From Cycas panzhihuaensis (taxonomy: Eukaryota; Plantae; Cycadophyta), in the NCBI GenBank assembly GCA_023213395.1, contig CM041465.1, positions 249,495,741-249,559,740 on the forward strand: a stretch of DNA of 64,000 bases, read 5' to 3'. The notes below the pieces were generated by a model that was given only the letters and a program-made list of their open reading frames with translations, was not told the origin of the DNA and made no database searches. The translations under genes were made by a program, and so were the position numbers. This document shows positions 40,001 through 53,619 of the stretch, piece after piece (within the stretch, counting starts at the first letter, position 1; every line of letters starts with the position of its first letter).

Positions 40001-40255
40001 TGGTTGGAAGTATTTTTACCCATATTGCAAATTTTACTTAACAAACCCAAATTTGGTTGTTACGCAAGGCCAATTTTTGGACCAATTTTCTTGCAGATGC
40101 TATCAAACATTTCATAAGCAACAATTTTGAGATGCAAGAGAGCAGTGACATGCCAGTATTTTGCTTGACGCATGTTGAAAATTTGTTGAAATTTCTGTGG
40201 TAGAATTTCCATAGTGTTTTTGAAGTTCATGGAAAATTATTTGATTTGTCAAAGT

Positions 40256-40467
40256 GTTGTCAGATTTAAACTAAATTTAAGGGTTTCTTTTAATTGAAGA
40301 AGGTTGGACATGGAAACTTTTTATATTTCTCAGTCTTGTAAGATTCAAATTAAATTTTAGTGTTTCTTCTAATTGAAGAATTTTGGGCAAAATAAATTAT
40401 GTGTTGTAAGATTCAAATTAAATTTTAGGGTTTCTTCTAATTGAAGAATTTTGGGCAAAATAAATTA
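40256..40467. repeat. About 68-bp tandem repeat (2 near-identical copies and 1 degenerate copy)
   Basis: TTGTAAGATTCAAATTAAATTTTAG at 40336 and 40404. Confidence 0.85.
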
Positions 40468-43400
40468 CTCTGTTACTATGTCCTTTGGAAATTCCTCTTT
40501 GGTGAGTTGAACCATGCTACAAAGTTGGTCATTATTCTTATTGGGCCTTGTCTATAAGAGCAAGTTTGCTTGTGTGTTCCTTTATGATGTGCTCTTTCTA
40601 GCTAATGGATGCACAATTGGTGCATCAATAATAGGTGAAACACTGTCTTGCCTTGGTAACAAATAGGAAGAAACAAGCCATGAATGTTGTTCAAGCAAAG
40701 GCTGGTTGTTTGCATACCGTGTTTGGTAGAGACAAAAAAAGCATTGCAAAGTATGGTCGGAAGGTCGTGAGTGAATTTCTACAGAAGAAATTTGAGGCAA
40801 GGCATTGAAAAAGGTTCAATCTCAATGTAGGCAAGCTTATGAAGCTGCATTTCATAATATTTTAAAAGTGATTGTGTCAAGTCACTTTTGTATAAAAAGT
40901 GAGTTGTTGAGTCTCCAATTGCTTTGAGGTTAAAGCTATTTTCTCACTCAATTTGGAGAATCACCATGCTGCTGAAAGAGCTCTCTGAGTTTGGATTGGG
41001 AAATTGTTGGAAGGATTGAAGATATTGGTATTTTTAGTCCAAAATCATGCATTTCTGGAGGCTGATCATTGAAAGGATTTCACTGAGACACCCTTCATCC
41101 AGGAGGGATTTGACTATTTATTAAAATTCTTCATGATCCTAAAGGATTCGGAGGCGCAATTCTATTTGTGATTGATTGAAGTATGGTATGTAGTATTTGT
41201 GCCTCGAATCTGAGAAATTGCAAAAGGTTCAGATATTTTGAAGCATAAAAGTTGGTGGATAAGTACGACTACAACTTTATTTTGAGGTTTTTTCCACAAT
41301 GAATAGTTTTGGAGGTTTGTTTTGAATACTTTTTGATGCTTCAATTGCATTTGTTTTAACTGTGACTAGCTGTTCAAGCCAAGCCAGGAGTGGCGTAGTT
41401 AGTTCAATCCAAGCCAAGAATGGCTTAGTCACTAATTGCTTTGGGTGTGCACTCCCTTTATTTTATCAATTGTTAAGCAGTATGATTATCCTTTGGAAGA
41501 TTTTAAGCTTTGGTGGGGTTGGAGTTATGCTTGAAGAACATACTTGAAGATAACAACAGTTAACCGAGATTTAGGATTTTTAATTGAATGTGGGACAATA
41601 TTTGAGTGTTTTGTATAATCAGCAAAGGAGTGCAGTGATAGATCTTAGGCTCATATTGGAATACAATCAAACAAATATGCTTTCAACAATATTTTGCAGT
41701 TGCCTGCACAATATTCCATGAATTATCTGCCAAGCAAATGTAAATATGGATGCCTGTGAAAGGCTGTTGAATAACATAAAAGTAAGATTCATAGGCAAAA
41801 GGATCAAATGAACACTTCTACTCTAATGCCCCTAAAGGTACATGGACAAATTTAAAAACAAACAATTGATAAAAAATCCAAATAAGAATTATACTACTTT
41901 GGGGAAATTGTGCTTTAAATATTACCAGTTTCAGCAGGTTGTGGCTAGGTACAGAATTCACAAACTACAGTTGCACAGATCCAGCTTAATTTCCTTGGAG
42001 AGGAGGGCACTCAAATGTGGTTTAAGCTGGTGGGCAATAGAACAACTGTGGTAACATTGTCTGTCACATATTGCAGGAGATGCAGTGTTCACTTTACGTC
42101 TATTAGAAGATAATAAAGTATGTGATTGGCAAACAAGTGAAGAGGTCAATCAATCACCACAATGGTATAGATTGAACAAACAAAACAGTGATTGAGAAAA
42201 TACCTGAATATTCAAATAATGTGATAATGGCTATTATAACAAACATAATTTGTCTACAACTCTCAAAGGAAGGCATTCTTGCTTTAATAAATGGACGTTT
42301 GTTCATTGTTGCAGTAGTCATAGTAGCTGATCTGAATTCTTATGGACTGGGCAGAGCTGGGTGAGAAGGCGGATAAACATGAACAGGAGCATGTGACATT
42401 TGATTTTTGCTTGTTGTTGACTGGTAGAATTGTTCAATGAAATTTATGATATTCCCCACTAATCTGGAATTTTGGGACTTTGCATACAGCTAGTTTTCCT
42501 TTATGAAGCTTACGAAGAGTTTTGGCTTGGGACCATCTAGAAAGCTAGGTGGTGGGCATGAGGTGCTACTAAAAGTCCCCTCAATAACTAATTTGTGATT
42601 TGCTGAACTCCTCAGCAAACAGGTCAATATTATTCTTAGTGCAAATGCTGGTTCGATTTTGGCTAATAGCTCCCATGTGAGGACTAATAAATATCAGTAT
42701 GTTATAGAGAACATGGAGGAACGCATTGTAACTGAAATGCAATGTTGGAGTTTGTAACTCTAATTTAGATACAGCCTTTTTACCATCTTTGACTTGAACT
42801 TTCACTTGTGGTAAATTCAAAGGTAGGTATATCAAAATCTGAATCTTTGTATGAGGTTAATTCACAGCCCAACAGTCAGCCATAACATTTATCATTTAGG
42901 GCAGAAACCGCGGAACATCAGGGTTTTTAAATGGAATAAAGTAATCATCCCAAGGCAGCTTTTGCTATCGTCGGGGCCAGAACAAATATGGAGGGGTTCA
43001 ACAGTCTAGGTAATGTTCGAAGAATTGTTCTGAACTTCAAATTGGTTTGTTACATGCATAGTGGATGTTGTTATGGAGTCTTTAGTATGAAGTCATCAAG
43101 TACTTGTTCAAGCTGTTGGAACTTGGAAGCACCATTTTTAATGCATTGGAGATGTTTAGGTGGTTTTTTCATAGATAACCTTGGAAGGAGAACTTTGCCT
43201 AATGCATGAACTTGTCCTATTGAACAGTGATGCATTTTAGATTCCTTGAACTCTAAGGTGATAGGCCTATGCACCAAAATGTGAAAGGCATCTGTTGCAA
43301 TACAATTTGGCCCGGTTCATACAGGGAGATTCTCTGTTGACAGTCTTGGTTAATCCTAATAAGCATCAGGCCCTCACTTTTACTATGCTTCACTTGATTG

Positions 43401-44537
43401 TATCATTGTACATCATGCTTTCACTAATTACACATGACAGAAGTATATGGGCAAAGTCACAATAGATTCTAATAGTTATGCATCACGGAAGGTTCTAGCA
43501 CAACCCTTAATGATGCATGAGAATGATATAATATGATGTTATATCCCACATACTAGAAACATTGTGTATAAATACCCTCAATTGTCATTATTTGCTTCCT
43601 TTAACTCAAAGGCTACTACTGGCCATTACAACTCATCAACCTTTTGACAGGTAGCTAACCTTTAATAACTTTGGTTTATACTGATTATGTCATGTCGCTA
43701 CCAAATATGTTGAACTTCAAAACCAATTTTTTAAAACATTAAGTACAGATAGTTAACTTGCAGTCTGGAGTGAATACTAGTGATCTTCCTCCCAAATCTC
43801 TGTATAACCAAATTACTTGTGATAGCTACCTATTTCACTGTCAAAATGTGCTATCAATCTCCTGATAATGATGTTGCACATGCTCATATTTAGGCATTCT
43901 ATTCTCAGAATTGGGTTGTACATCCTCTTAACTGGCTGCTCTATTGTCAAAATCAAATTATTATGCTACTCAACTAGACTCTTGTTGACCGGCTTATTTT
44001 TGCTCGTGATTGTTCTTGTTTGACACAAAAATTGACTACTTTTGTACCTAAAAAGTGGTGCACATTTGCTTGCCTACATGTCTGACATAATGTATTTGTG
44101 CCCTCACTTGCATAATATTTGGCCCATGTTGAGAAGAAAAATGTTTAATATTAAATCTATCTAAAGCTGTGGAGTGAGGCTCCATGAACTGCCTTTTGCT
44201 CTACTGGGTATATTACTCTTCCTTTTACTATCCTTTAATGTAGCACAAACAGTTCTGCTTGCTCACTTATCATGTATTTTTGGTAGCAGTTTTACACTCC
44301 CTGATTCCTCAAGTGGCCTATATACTATGTTATTGGAAACATCTCCCAGGGCCCTGCTTTCTGTTTCCAAATCTTGAAAACAGCTTGAAAATGTCCCATA
44401 AACTTTTCTAGGATGTTTTTAGCTGACCAAAGACGTTTCCCCTTGTCCAGTAACTTGTCCAACTCTTGGCACATGATTCATGGGGTCAACATGGCAGGTG
44501 GGATCCACAAAAACTTGTGATTTTCTTTTAAAGATTC

Positions 44538-44812
44538 CTTATCTATCTATCTATATATGTATTTTTTAATTGATATATATATATATATATGGTTATGGAT
44601 GGATAGATAGATAGATAGATATGCATTTTTATTTTGTATATGTATTGATGTGTGCGTGTATTCTATATATATGTATTTATATTATGTATTTTTATTGACA
44701 TATATGTATTTATGTATTTATTATATATGTATATATATATCTTTGATTCCATATATAAGTGTGCAATTTTCATTTTGTATATATTATGTATTGAATCTTT
44801 TTTTTTTTATAC
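44538..44812. repeat. Compound microsatellite and low-complexity tract (TATC, TA, GATA, TATG, poly-T)
   Basis: Seen directly in the sequence. Confidence 0.85.
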
Positions 44813-45137
44813 ATTTTGTTAGATTTTAACATGGAAGGCATTCAACTCCAATCATAATCAACAAGATCAATAGACAAAGCATGACTTGTATTAGCTCAAC
44901 ATAAGCAGATTACATTAGACACTAATGCACCATAGACTCAACATGAATCCCAATGATGACTTTACATTCATATACTACCTCAACCACCTTTATATACAAC
45001 ATAGGTGGGAGAACATACAAAAGGTGGGACACGTGGGACAATTACCTTTAACTTAACCAATGACACTTTACTAATTAATTAACTAATAACCTTCTAACTT
45101 TCCACATAATATTATTATAAGGTATGACTCCAAGACC

Positions 45138-46778
45138 TTAATACTTAGGACTATGACTATTGACTTTAAGACAACACCTCCCCTTAATGTTTAATGTCAT
45201 GACTACAAGTGTACTGACTATTATGACACCTACTTCTAAGAATTGAGAAGATGAGTGACATAAACTGACACAGACCTTGACTTTGAAGTGTTGATTGAAT
45301 TTCCACTGCCTGAGTCTTGGAACTTTTCTGAAGATGATGTCATAAGCTTTGTCTTCAACCGAAATGCTGTAAAAGCTGTATGTGGTGCATGTTCTGTTAT
45401 CTACTGCTTCTTGTTTCATGACTCATTTTGTGTGTTTCAATTGCAGATGTGATCTTCTTTGATTTTTGTCTCCTAGATTAAATGAGACAACATATAATTT
45501 AAACTCTATGAAGATAAATGAATCTTCCTTGTTTCTCTTGAAGTCTGTTAGGACGATCAACTTTTCGAGCCAATGAGTATTTCTTTGAAAGGAAATGAGG
45601 AACAATGTTTCCTTTCTTAACTCCACCTGTACATGTTTAGAACCCACAAGATACTTTGTCCTTTCTATGTCATCCAAGAAATTCTTTGTGCTAAGTATGA
45701 TGAGAATCTCCATTATGGCTACATACACATATTTCCCAATTATGGCTACACAAAGATGGAACATCACTATGATATGGTTGAATCTTATGGTTAAATAGCC
45801 TACCCAAAACACACAATGATTTTGATGGACAAGATTTTGAACATATGATGTACTAGCTATGCTCTTTCTTCCTTTGAATAGATCTTCTAGAGTCTTTGCA
45901 GGGTATGCAATCACAATTTGGATTCTTTAAAAAATGAGAACCGAAAATGCAACTGAGTTGAATGTAACCATAGAGAGTCTTCTGCATGTGCAAATAACCA
46001 TATGCCCTGAAATCATTTAAACTCTGACAACAAATCTATCAACACAGATTAAGGTAATGCTGCCCATACTTTCTACCAAGGTACCTGCGTCTCCATGGTG
46101 TACCACCTGTAAAAGTTGATCACTTTTGGATCGTGCAATCTCCATTCTAGATGCAAAGTTTCTTGTCAACTTGATGAGACTCAAAGTTTTTGATGAAATC
46201 ATGTCTTTAGATTGCAAATAGTGCTCATCTGTCTTATTTCTAGAAATGGGTTCTTTATCTCCTTTATGAGTGATAGATGAATCTGTATGAGAATTGGTCT
46301 TACTAGAATCAATTTGGTTTTCCCTTTTTGCTTTCCTCTTCAACTTCTTTTTTTGGTTCCTTGTCTTCTTGATAGCCTTCTGCAGTTCTTCAGGACCCTT
46401 TTCATACACTTCCCTCAATACCTTCTACGCATATTTAGTTGAGTCAGTGTTCTGAAGTATGTGGATAAGAAAGTGATATAAATGAGGGAGGTTATTTTTG
46501 TCGAAAGCTACAAGCATCACATCAGTAGCTACTTTGCTATTTTTTCTAAAATTTTCCTCCCCTTCTTCATTAATCTTTGGAGTGCTATCACAAACTATTC
46601 TACTTAACCTTTTAATCCTAAAGACGCATTCCATTTTAATTTTCCAAATTCAAAAATTAACTCCATATTTAGGCAAAACTATATTGGTATCTATTACCCA
46701 AAACTCCTTTTTTTCTGCTACAAAGGTAATAATTTCACTTAACTCCATAATGTATGATTGAGTTGAACACGAAAACAT
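45138..46778 (-). pseudogene. ORF-X copy B (Gag-N-like domain plus unknown region)
   Basis: ORFs 46425-46634, 46017-46418, 45423-45914 and 45138-45419 and the ATG at 46778 are all in one frame; clear amino-acid homology to 6897-8297 (WVGYLT, FHLCVAII, HWLEKLI). Confidence 0.78.
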
Positions 46779-49430
46779 TACTCAAAGATTATGTCTTCAT
46801 AGCCATGTCAAGCCAAGAATCTTTATCAAACAAGTTGCCCCACTGTCAATGAATAAATCTCTAGCCTAATATTTATCTTTCAATTTTGAGTAACCATATA
46901 TAATCATTACTTCATCGTCAACAAATATAAAACAATATTTACTAACTTGAAATATGTGATATTAAGGGCAAAAAATCAAAAGAGCTAAGATGATACACCA
47001 CCTTAATATATCAATATTGATTGACTTAACTTCGAAACAAATTTTAAGATGTGGATTCGACCAACCTTATTCAAATCAATTTGATTTCAACTTTAGGAGA
47101 TACGAGATACATTAGGGATAAAACCCTAACCGAATGAGCGACGACTGATGCTCTGGGAGACCTTGGAGGCGACGATGAATTGCTACTACTACCGCTTGAC
47201 CCAGGTGCTCTATGGTGTTGTTTTGTCACAGATGCTGAGATCAATGTCTTTTAGACAACACCAACGACAACATCGTACTTGATGGTCGAACCAATAAACC
47301 GAGACCCTCGTTTTGTCTTACCCCAAAAAGGAGGTACACCCCTATGCAAAATATACAGTATAACTCAGTGCTGCTTCTGTACCATAGTTATATCGCAAGA
47401 CTTCATGAGCTACATAATATGGACTGCCCACAATATCTTTCATTCAAGCATATCCCTTGTTGCTGTTGACATTTCAACATCTGCAGTTATCAAAGGTGCA
47501 AAATTTGATGATTTTAATCTTGCTACTTCTCATGGTTAGAGCTAATGTTTTCTGACTGATGGATCTCTTCCTGGTCTCTTTGAAGTAGTTGAGTTGCTCA
47601 GGAGCAATTTAGCTAATGCACAAGAATTTGTTGATGAAATGTGGAACATAGCCATTAAGTTAGGGAGTAGCCTGAAGCTCAATTCAGTTGTAGGATCATT
47701 GTATAGTGGTGGTATAGTATCCACGTCAGTGGAAATGACATCTGAATCATCAGGATTGCTAATTAGTAATTCGAGTTATCCAGAAGGGTCATCTGTTAAA
47801 TCTAGGAAGAGAAGCTTTGATGCATCATTTTCCCTTGATCCCAAGCCACTAGTAACATGCTCATTTCTAGTGGTTCTTGCAAGAAAGCACAAGAGTGCTT
47901 CTTGCCCCATGTTCTGGGTCGCAGATTGGATTTTGGAATTCCTTCCCAGTCTTCAAGTGTAACGAATGTAAAGCATAGGGTATCTTTGAATCATTCGAAT
48001 AAGCGCTCTAATGCTTCAGTGGCAAGTGTGGGTGTTCTATCTAAGAATAGATTAGGTGATGGGAAATATGATATTTTGCATTTAAAGGGGCCATATTTAG
48101 ATACACCTCGGACAAGTGACCTAACTAAAGTTGGTCACAATAGAATATTGGATTTTCAAAGTGGTGATTCAGATATAGAGGGCCTAGAAAAGATGGACTG
48201 TGATTACCCAATGATACACCCGTCTATTGAAAATTTCTATGATGGTCTCCTTACCGTTCTAGAGGAACCTCCCTTAGATGAAATTGCAGAGTCTTCTTCA
48301 TAACATATTCCATCTAGTATAAATACAACATTATTTTCGGATGAAAATGCTGAGATTCCACTGCATTCATCATTAGGGCTGAGCATTGTCATCGTCATTC
48401 ACTACGACCGTAACTTTGTACAGGTAACCATAACCCTCAAGGTTGGACCTTCATCTCCTTTGGCAGGTGCTTCAATTATTGGTCGGCTCCCTCTTAATGG
48501 CTCATACATATGCTATGCAGAAGCCTCTTTATATGCAGGGTTGAATGCTACTCCTTTAAGCAGGACGTTGTCCCTTCATCACATAGTCTGGCAAGTTCAA
48601 CTCTACGGTACTACACCAATTTGTGTCAACAACTGGGGGGTTTTCATCCACAGACCTTATTCGAACACACATGCAATATCCTCTTTCTTTCACAGCTTAG
48701 GCGTCTCCTTTATGGTAGAATCTCTTCTATTTAGGGATATCCAACTCTATTTTCACCTGTGCTTTGTTCATTCTCCATGGCATATAACCATCCTCATACA
48801 ACAATCAATAGAGATAACTATCTGTTGTACACCATGAGCAATCACGGAAAAATGCAACTGGGAGACTTCTATTCTCTTGTGGACAGATTTTTGCAAATTA
48901 TTTCCCTTCTTCTATGAGCAGACAACAATTTTTACACAACTATTTCTCTTCTCTTTTTGAGCAAATACTCAACAATCATTAGTCACAACCTTGAAGAATC
49001 AGTATTTCACCCAACACTACTGATTCAGAAAACACTTTCATCACCAGTTTTAGATTTCATGATTGATTTTTCATCCCCCCTTTGAATTTTCAATACAAAC
49101 CCTATGGATAGAAATGTGGCCTTATCTCTCACATTCAAGACAAATTCAACAATCAACAATTTCTTCACATCACCTTTTCATAAAACCCCTGTTTCATACT
49201 CTTTTCCTTATGACAAAAATAGAGGAGCATAGTTACCTGGGAGAGACTCTTACTTGGATTACTATTGGCACACCTTTGAGCAACAATGGACTTGGAACTT
49301 CTCCCCCGCAACTCAATCTTCAACCTGGCAAACGACTTAACAGAGTCTCCTCCTTTCTTACTGGAAACTTGACTAATTTGCACACAATGCCCTTAACTTG
49401 CAACTTGTAGTTACACAGATATGGAAGCCT

Positions 49431-49442
49431 GCTCTGATACCA
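49431..49442 (-). promoter_or_regulatory. Primer-binding site, tRNA-iMet
   Basis: GCTCTGATACCA is the reverse complement of TGGTATCAGAGC and abuts the LTR. Confidence 0.95.
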
Positions 49443-52400
49443 TGTTAGATTTTAACATGGAAGGCATTCAACTATAATCAACAAGATCAATAGACAAAGC
49501 ATGACTTTTATTAACTCAATATAAGCAGATGACATCAGAAACTAATGCACCATAGACTCAACATGAGTCCTAATGATGACTTGACATTCATATACTACCT
49601 CAACCACCTGTATATACAACATAGGTGGGAGAACATACAAGAGGTGGGACACGTGGGACAATTACCTTTAACTTAACCAATGACACTTTACCAACTAATT
49701 AACTAATAACCTTCTAGCTTTGCACACAATATTATTATAAGGTATGACCCTTAGACCTTAATAGTTAGAACTGACTATGGACTTTAAGACATACTTTATT
49801 TTAGATACATATACATTAAACATTATATTCTAACACATTCTACTACCACCTTTTTATTTTCAAATTTTTTATGTTGGTGACATATTGTGGTTGTGTTATT
49901 CCTTGTTGCAGTCCTTTTCAAGCATATGGTGCTTATGATGTTGCCTTGATGGAACTCACTTGAGTTTCTCAATAAGGCCAACACCAAATTGTCCAAAACT
50001 TGAATTTGCGAAAGCCTAAATCAATTAATACATGCATAGCAGAAACCTATGTCCAAAGGATGTGACAAACTCAAGTGAACATAGGTGTTCATACACCTGT
50101 AAATATATTTCTTTTACTATTGAAAGTAACTTCAACAACACTAACAACCCAAGCAACGTATTCCTCAGAGTCAAATATAATTTTAGAACAAATAGCAAAA
50201 GATATAGTATTTTTATTCACCAATTGAACATCTTTTATACATATTCATCTCGATTGAAAAGGAGGCCAACCATACTGCTTTAAATGTGGATTCATTGCCC
50301 AACCAATCGCAATCTTAAAGAGGAAAGCATCCCCAAGCTGGAGCATGTGATATGAATGTCAATGGTACTAGTATTTCACTCTTCATTCCCATCTCCAAGT
50401 ATCATTTTTTATGAAAGACTTCTTTTGGATTACAAATGTGTAATTAGTTGTTGTTGCAATCTTTTAATCATTTCTATAATATCTTTACAAATAGTTGTTG
50501 TTGTAAACTTTTTAATCATTGGTGTAATACTTTTATTTTCAGCTGTAACATCTCGCATCTTCACAATTTACTTATTCTTCATAATAAAATCAGAGACGCT
50601 ATACAACATATGGATCCTTGTTGGATCAATCTTATTAGATTACTTCACTATGACCACACGTGTCCCAAACTACGTAGTGCATAAAGGTAATGGTTGTGTG
50701 TTTCATACCACACAATGTCTGCACGTATGATCATTGGGTCTCATCTATATGAGAAGTGTGTTTCATACCACAACCTACTTAAGTATGAAATGGTAATCCA
50801 TACCATACAAGAATTACCCATAGACAAAATAACTAATGAGGGCTTACTTTGTCTCATATTCTTGCACATAAAATAACCAACAAAGGTTTACTTTGCCCTG
50901 CATGGCTTACTTTCCTTGTGAAAGAAAACATAGAAGGGCTTATTTTGCCTTTATAACAAAAATATCCAAGGGCTCACTTTGCCCTCTTTCAAATTGTAAT
51001 TTAGGACCCATAAAGTAGCCCAATGAGAATAAAACAACAATTCAAACACAAGTTTATAACATGATCTAATAAATGTCCCTTCATGAGATGGTAGTGGTCA
51101 CCAAGAGGATACCAAACCAATTTGGATATTTGTCCTTGAAGCCAATATTTTTAGATTGTGCAAATTTCATACAAGCTGGTTAGTAAATACCAAACTTTGA
51201 CCGATTAAAACTAATATTTCTAGGTGCAAAAAATCTCAAATAGGTTGCTTAACAAATGTCAAATTTTGAATCATCTAACCCAATAATTTTAGGTTGCAAA
51301 AAGCCTTTTACAAGTTGGTTAATAGACCACAAAACCTTGAATATAAAACCAAACTAATATTTCAACATCTTTCCTCCATACAACAACTTATGCTCCTAAA
51401 GAAAACTAGATTTCTTTGTTGAATTATCTTCTGCCAGCCATAGAGGCATACTCCAGTTTTCTACATTCTGTGAGCTCCTCCTCACTTCCAACCTATCTCA
51501 ATTAATTCTTTGTCCCCTTTGTCTCTATTATTCAATCTTTTTCCTTTGCTTTTCTAGAATTGATTCCTTGCTAATAAATGTCATTAATGTTGGGTGTCAG
51601 AAATCTGAGCTATAGTGATTGTAGAGTGCTTTTCATTATTATTGTTCGAAGCGGCTATCATTTATCCATGATATCCAAGTTACTAAGAACATATCCATGT
51701 CATGCGTCTCTTTGATCCTTAATTGTCTAAATGTCTAGGCGCATTTATTGGGACTCCAATGAGGCTAGTCCGATGTGGTTTTGTCAACCAATGAGAAAGT
51801 TGCAAGTGGAATTGTGTAGATTTATCATCCCTCCCTTTGTCTCCACATTTTTGTGGCCCTTTAGGGAATTATTTACTTGCATAGGTTCAGTTGCGCAATT
51901 GCAAAATGCACTCCTTTGTTTTCGTAATTCCACACTTACGCATATTAAGATCCACCTCCCAATGACCATTTGCGAAGCCACGAGGGATCTTTTGCTTAGT
52001 GAGAACTTAACTTGATCATTCACTTCAATCCTTATCTATACTCCATTGCTTGTTGGAGACCTATTCTTTCATTTGATGGAGTGATTTCCTGCAAGTCTTA
52101 TGCCTCTATCAACTAAGCTCTTGAGATGTTATACAGATTTTTGTACCTAGCATCTACCCTTACATTTATTTGGCCCTTTTTCCTTTTTCGGTTCCTCGGT
52201 CTATATGGACCATTTGAGCAATATAATTGGCTTTTGTATTATGTTAGTCATAACAAAATAAAGATTACATCATTCAATGTATTAAAAGAAGAAGGGTCCA
52301 ACACCTTATAACATAATACACAAACAAACTATCCTAATGAATGAAACTAAATGGTGCACCCTCACTCTGCACCCTCACTCCTAGTGGAGCATGGAATAAG

Positions 52401-53619
52401 CTTCTACCCTACATAGGGTGAATAAGATAATGAAACAAAAAGAATTTGCATTTGACCAAAGTATGAGATGGGAAAGACTTTACATATATACATGATTTGA
52501 GAAGTAATTTGTCCAAGAAAGATAGGAGGTCAAGTGGAATCAAGGTTGGGTCCTTATACTTCCATTTTCTCATTTTCATTTATTGAATATTTTCTCATTT
52601 TACCAACATGTGCATTTACACATCTTGATCAATTTTGATGTTATTCATGGTGGATGTATAATTTAAGTTTGTTGTCATTTGGGAGTTTTAGTGGCAGCTT
52701 TCCATCCAACAATGTGAATTGTACTAATCCAGTTCTTTTTATGTTTTCCATGATATAGGGTTTTAATCATCTCAATTGAAAAAGGGGGGTTTACATTTGG
52801 AATTCAAGTCTATCATGCAACTATCCCAATTTCTCTTTTCCACCACTTTAGATTCTGGACGTCTTTGTGATGTTTTGCTTTTTGTTTTTATTTTATTGTA
52901 CAAACAATCCTTGTTTCCTCTTAGCTTTGTCAATTGATATAACCTTTTGTGTATTGACTTTCTTTCCCTCGACTCGTGTTCCATTGTAATCTTTATATTG
53001 GCAACTTCATGTACGTCCTATTGTCAATACTTCATTTAATTTTGTTTTAACTCATTGTCGACTTTGGGTTTGTTTGATAAGTTCTCCATCTTGCCAGCTT
53101 GTTCTCCTCATAGCTCAAATCTCTTGTATTCCTAACTCTAATGGAATGACCTTTACATCCTTAAAAGACAAGACTTACATTTTGTAAATATTATCCCCAT
53201 ACTCTTAAATAATGCTAAGTTTTATGTGTGGCTCATTTCTAATGCCAATTCTTTTATGTCTTCAATTCTTGCTAATATACTTGCTTTCTGTGTCTTATTT
53301 GGGTTAGGGATTTATTGATTAACCTTTTTCCATTTGTAATCTTTATATTTTTAATGTCATAACCATGCTTCATTCCTTGGTTTCATCATCTTCACATCTT
53401 TTCATTATGTGGGCTTTCTAAGGTATTTTACCTATACTCTAGGTCATCATCTTCATCTTAGCATGTGTTGCTTGATTGGGTATTCCTCGACATTAGTAAG
53501 GATGTTTTTTCATCTCTTAGTTCTAATATCCTCTACTCTAAGATTAATGATTTCTTCTAGCTAAGGATGCATTATCCGCCCTATTGCTCACTTTCTAGTG
53601 GCAGGGATTGGAGGTGGTT

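Larger units (their letters stand above)
44817..49835 (-). mobile_element. Complete non-autonomous LTR element, copy B (5.0 kb; no RT, IN or RH)
   Basis: LTRs at 44817-45176 and 49443-49835; perfect tRNA-iMet PBS at 49431-49442 (minus); PPT AAGGGGAGG at 45177-45185 (minus); TSD CATTT (44812-44816) / CATTC (49836-49840). Confidence 0.93.

Noticed and set aside
44330-44520. hAT/MITE-like subterminal words (GGAAAC..CCC, GACGTTTCCCC)
   Set aside because: No TIR pair, 8-bp TSD or transposase found.
50000-53600. Short ORFs such as 50356-50730 and 51731-52015 as host exons
   Set aside because: No recognisable domain or consistent splice pattern; probably old decayed repeats.
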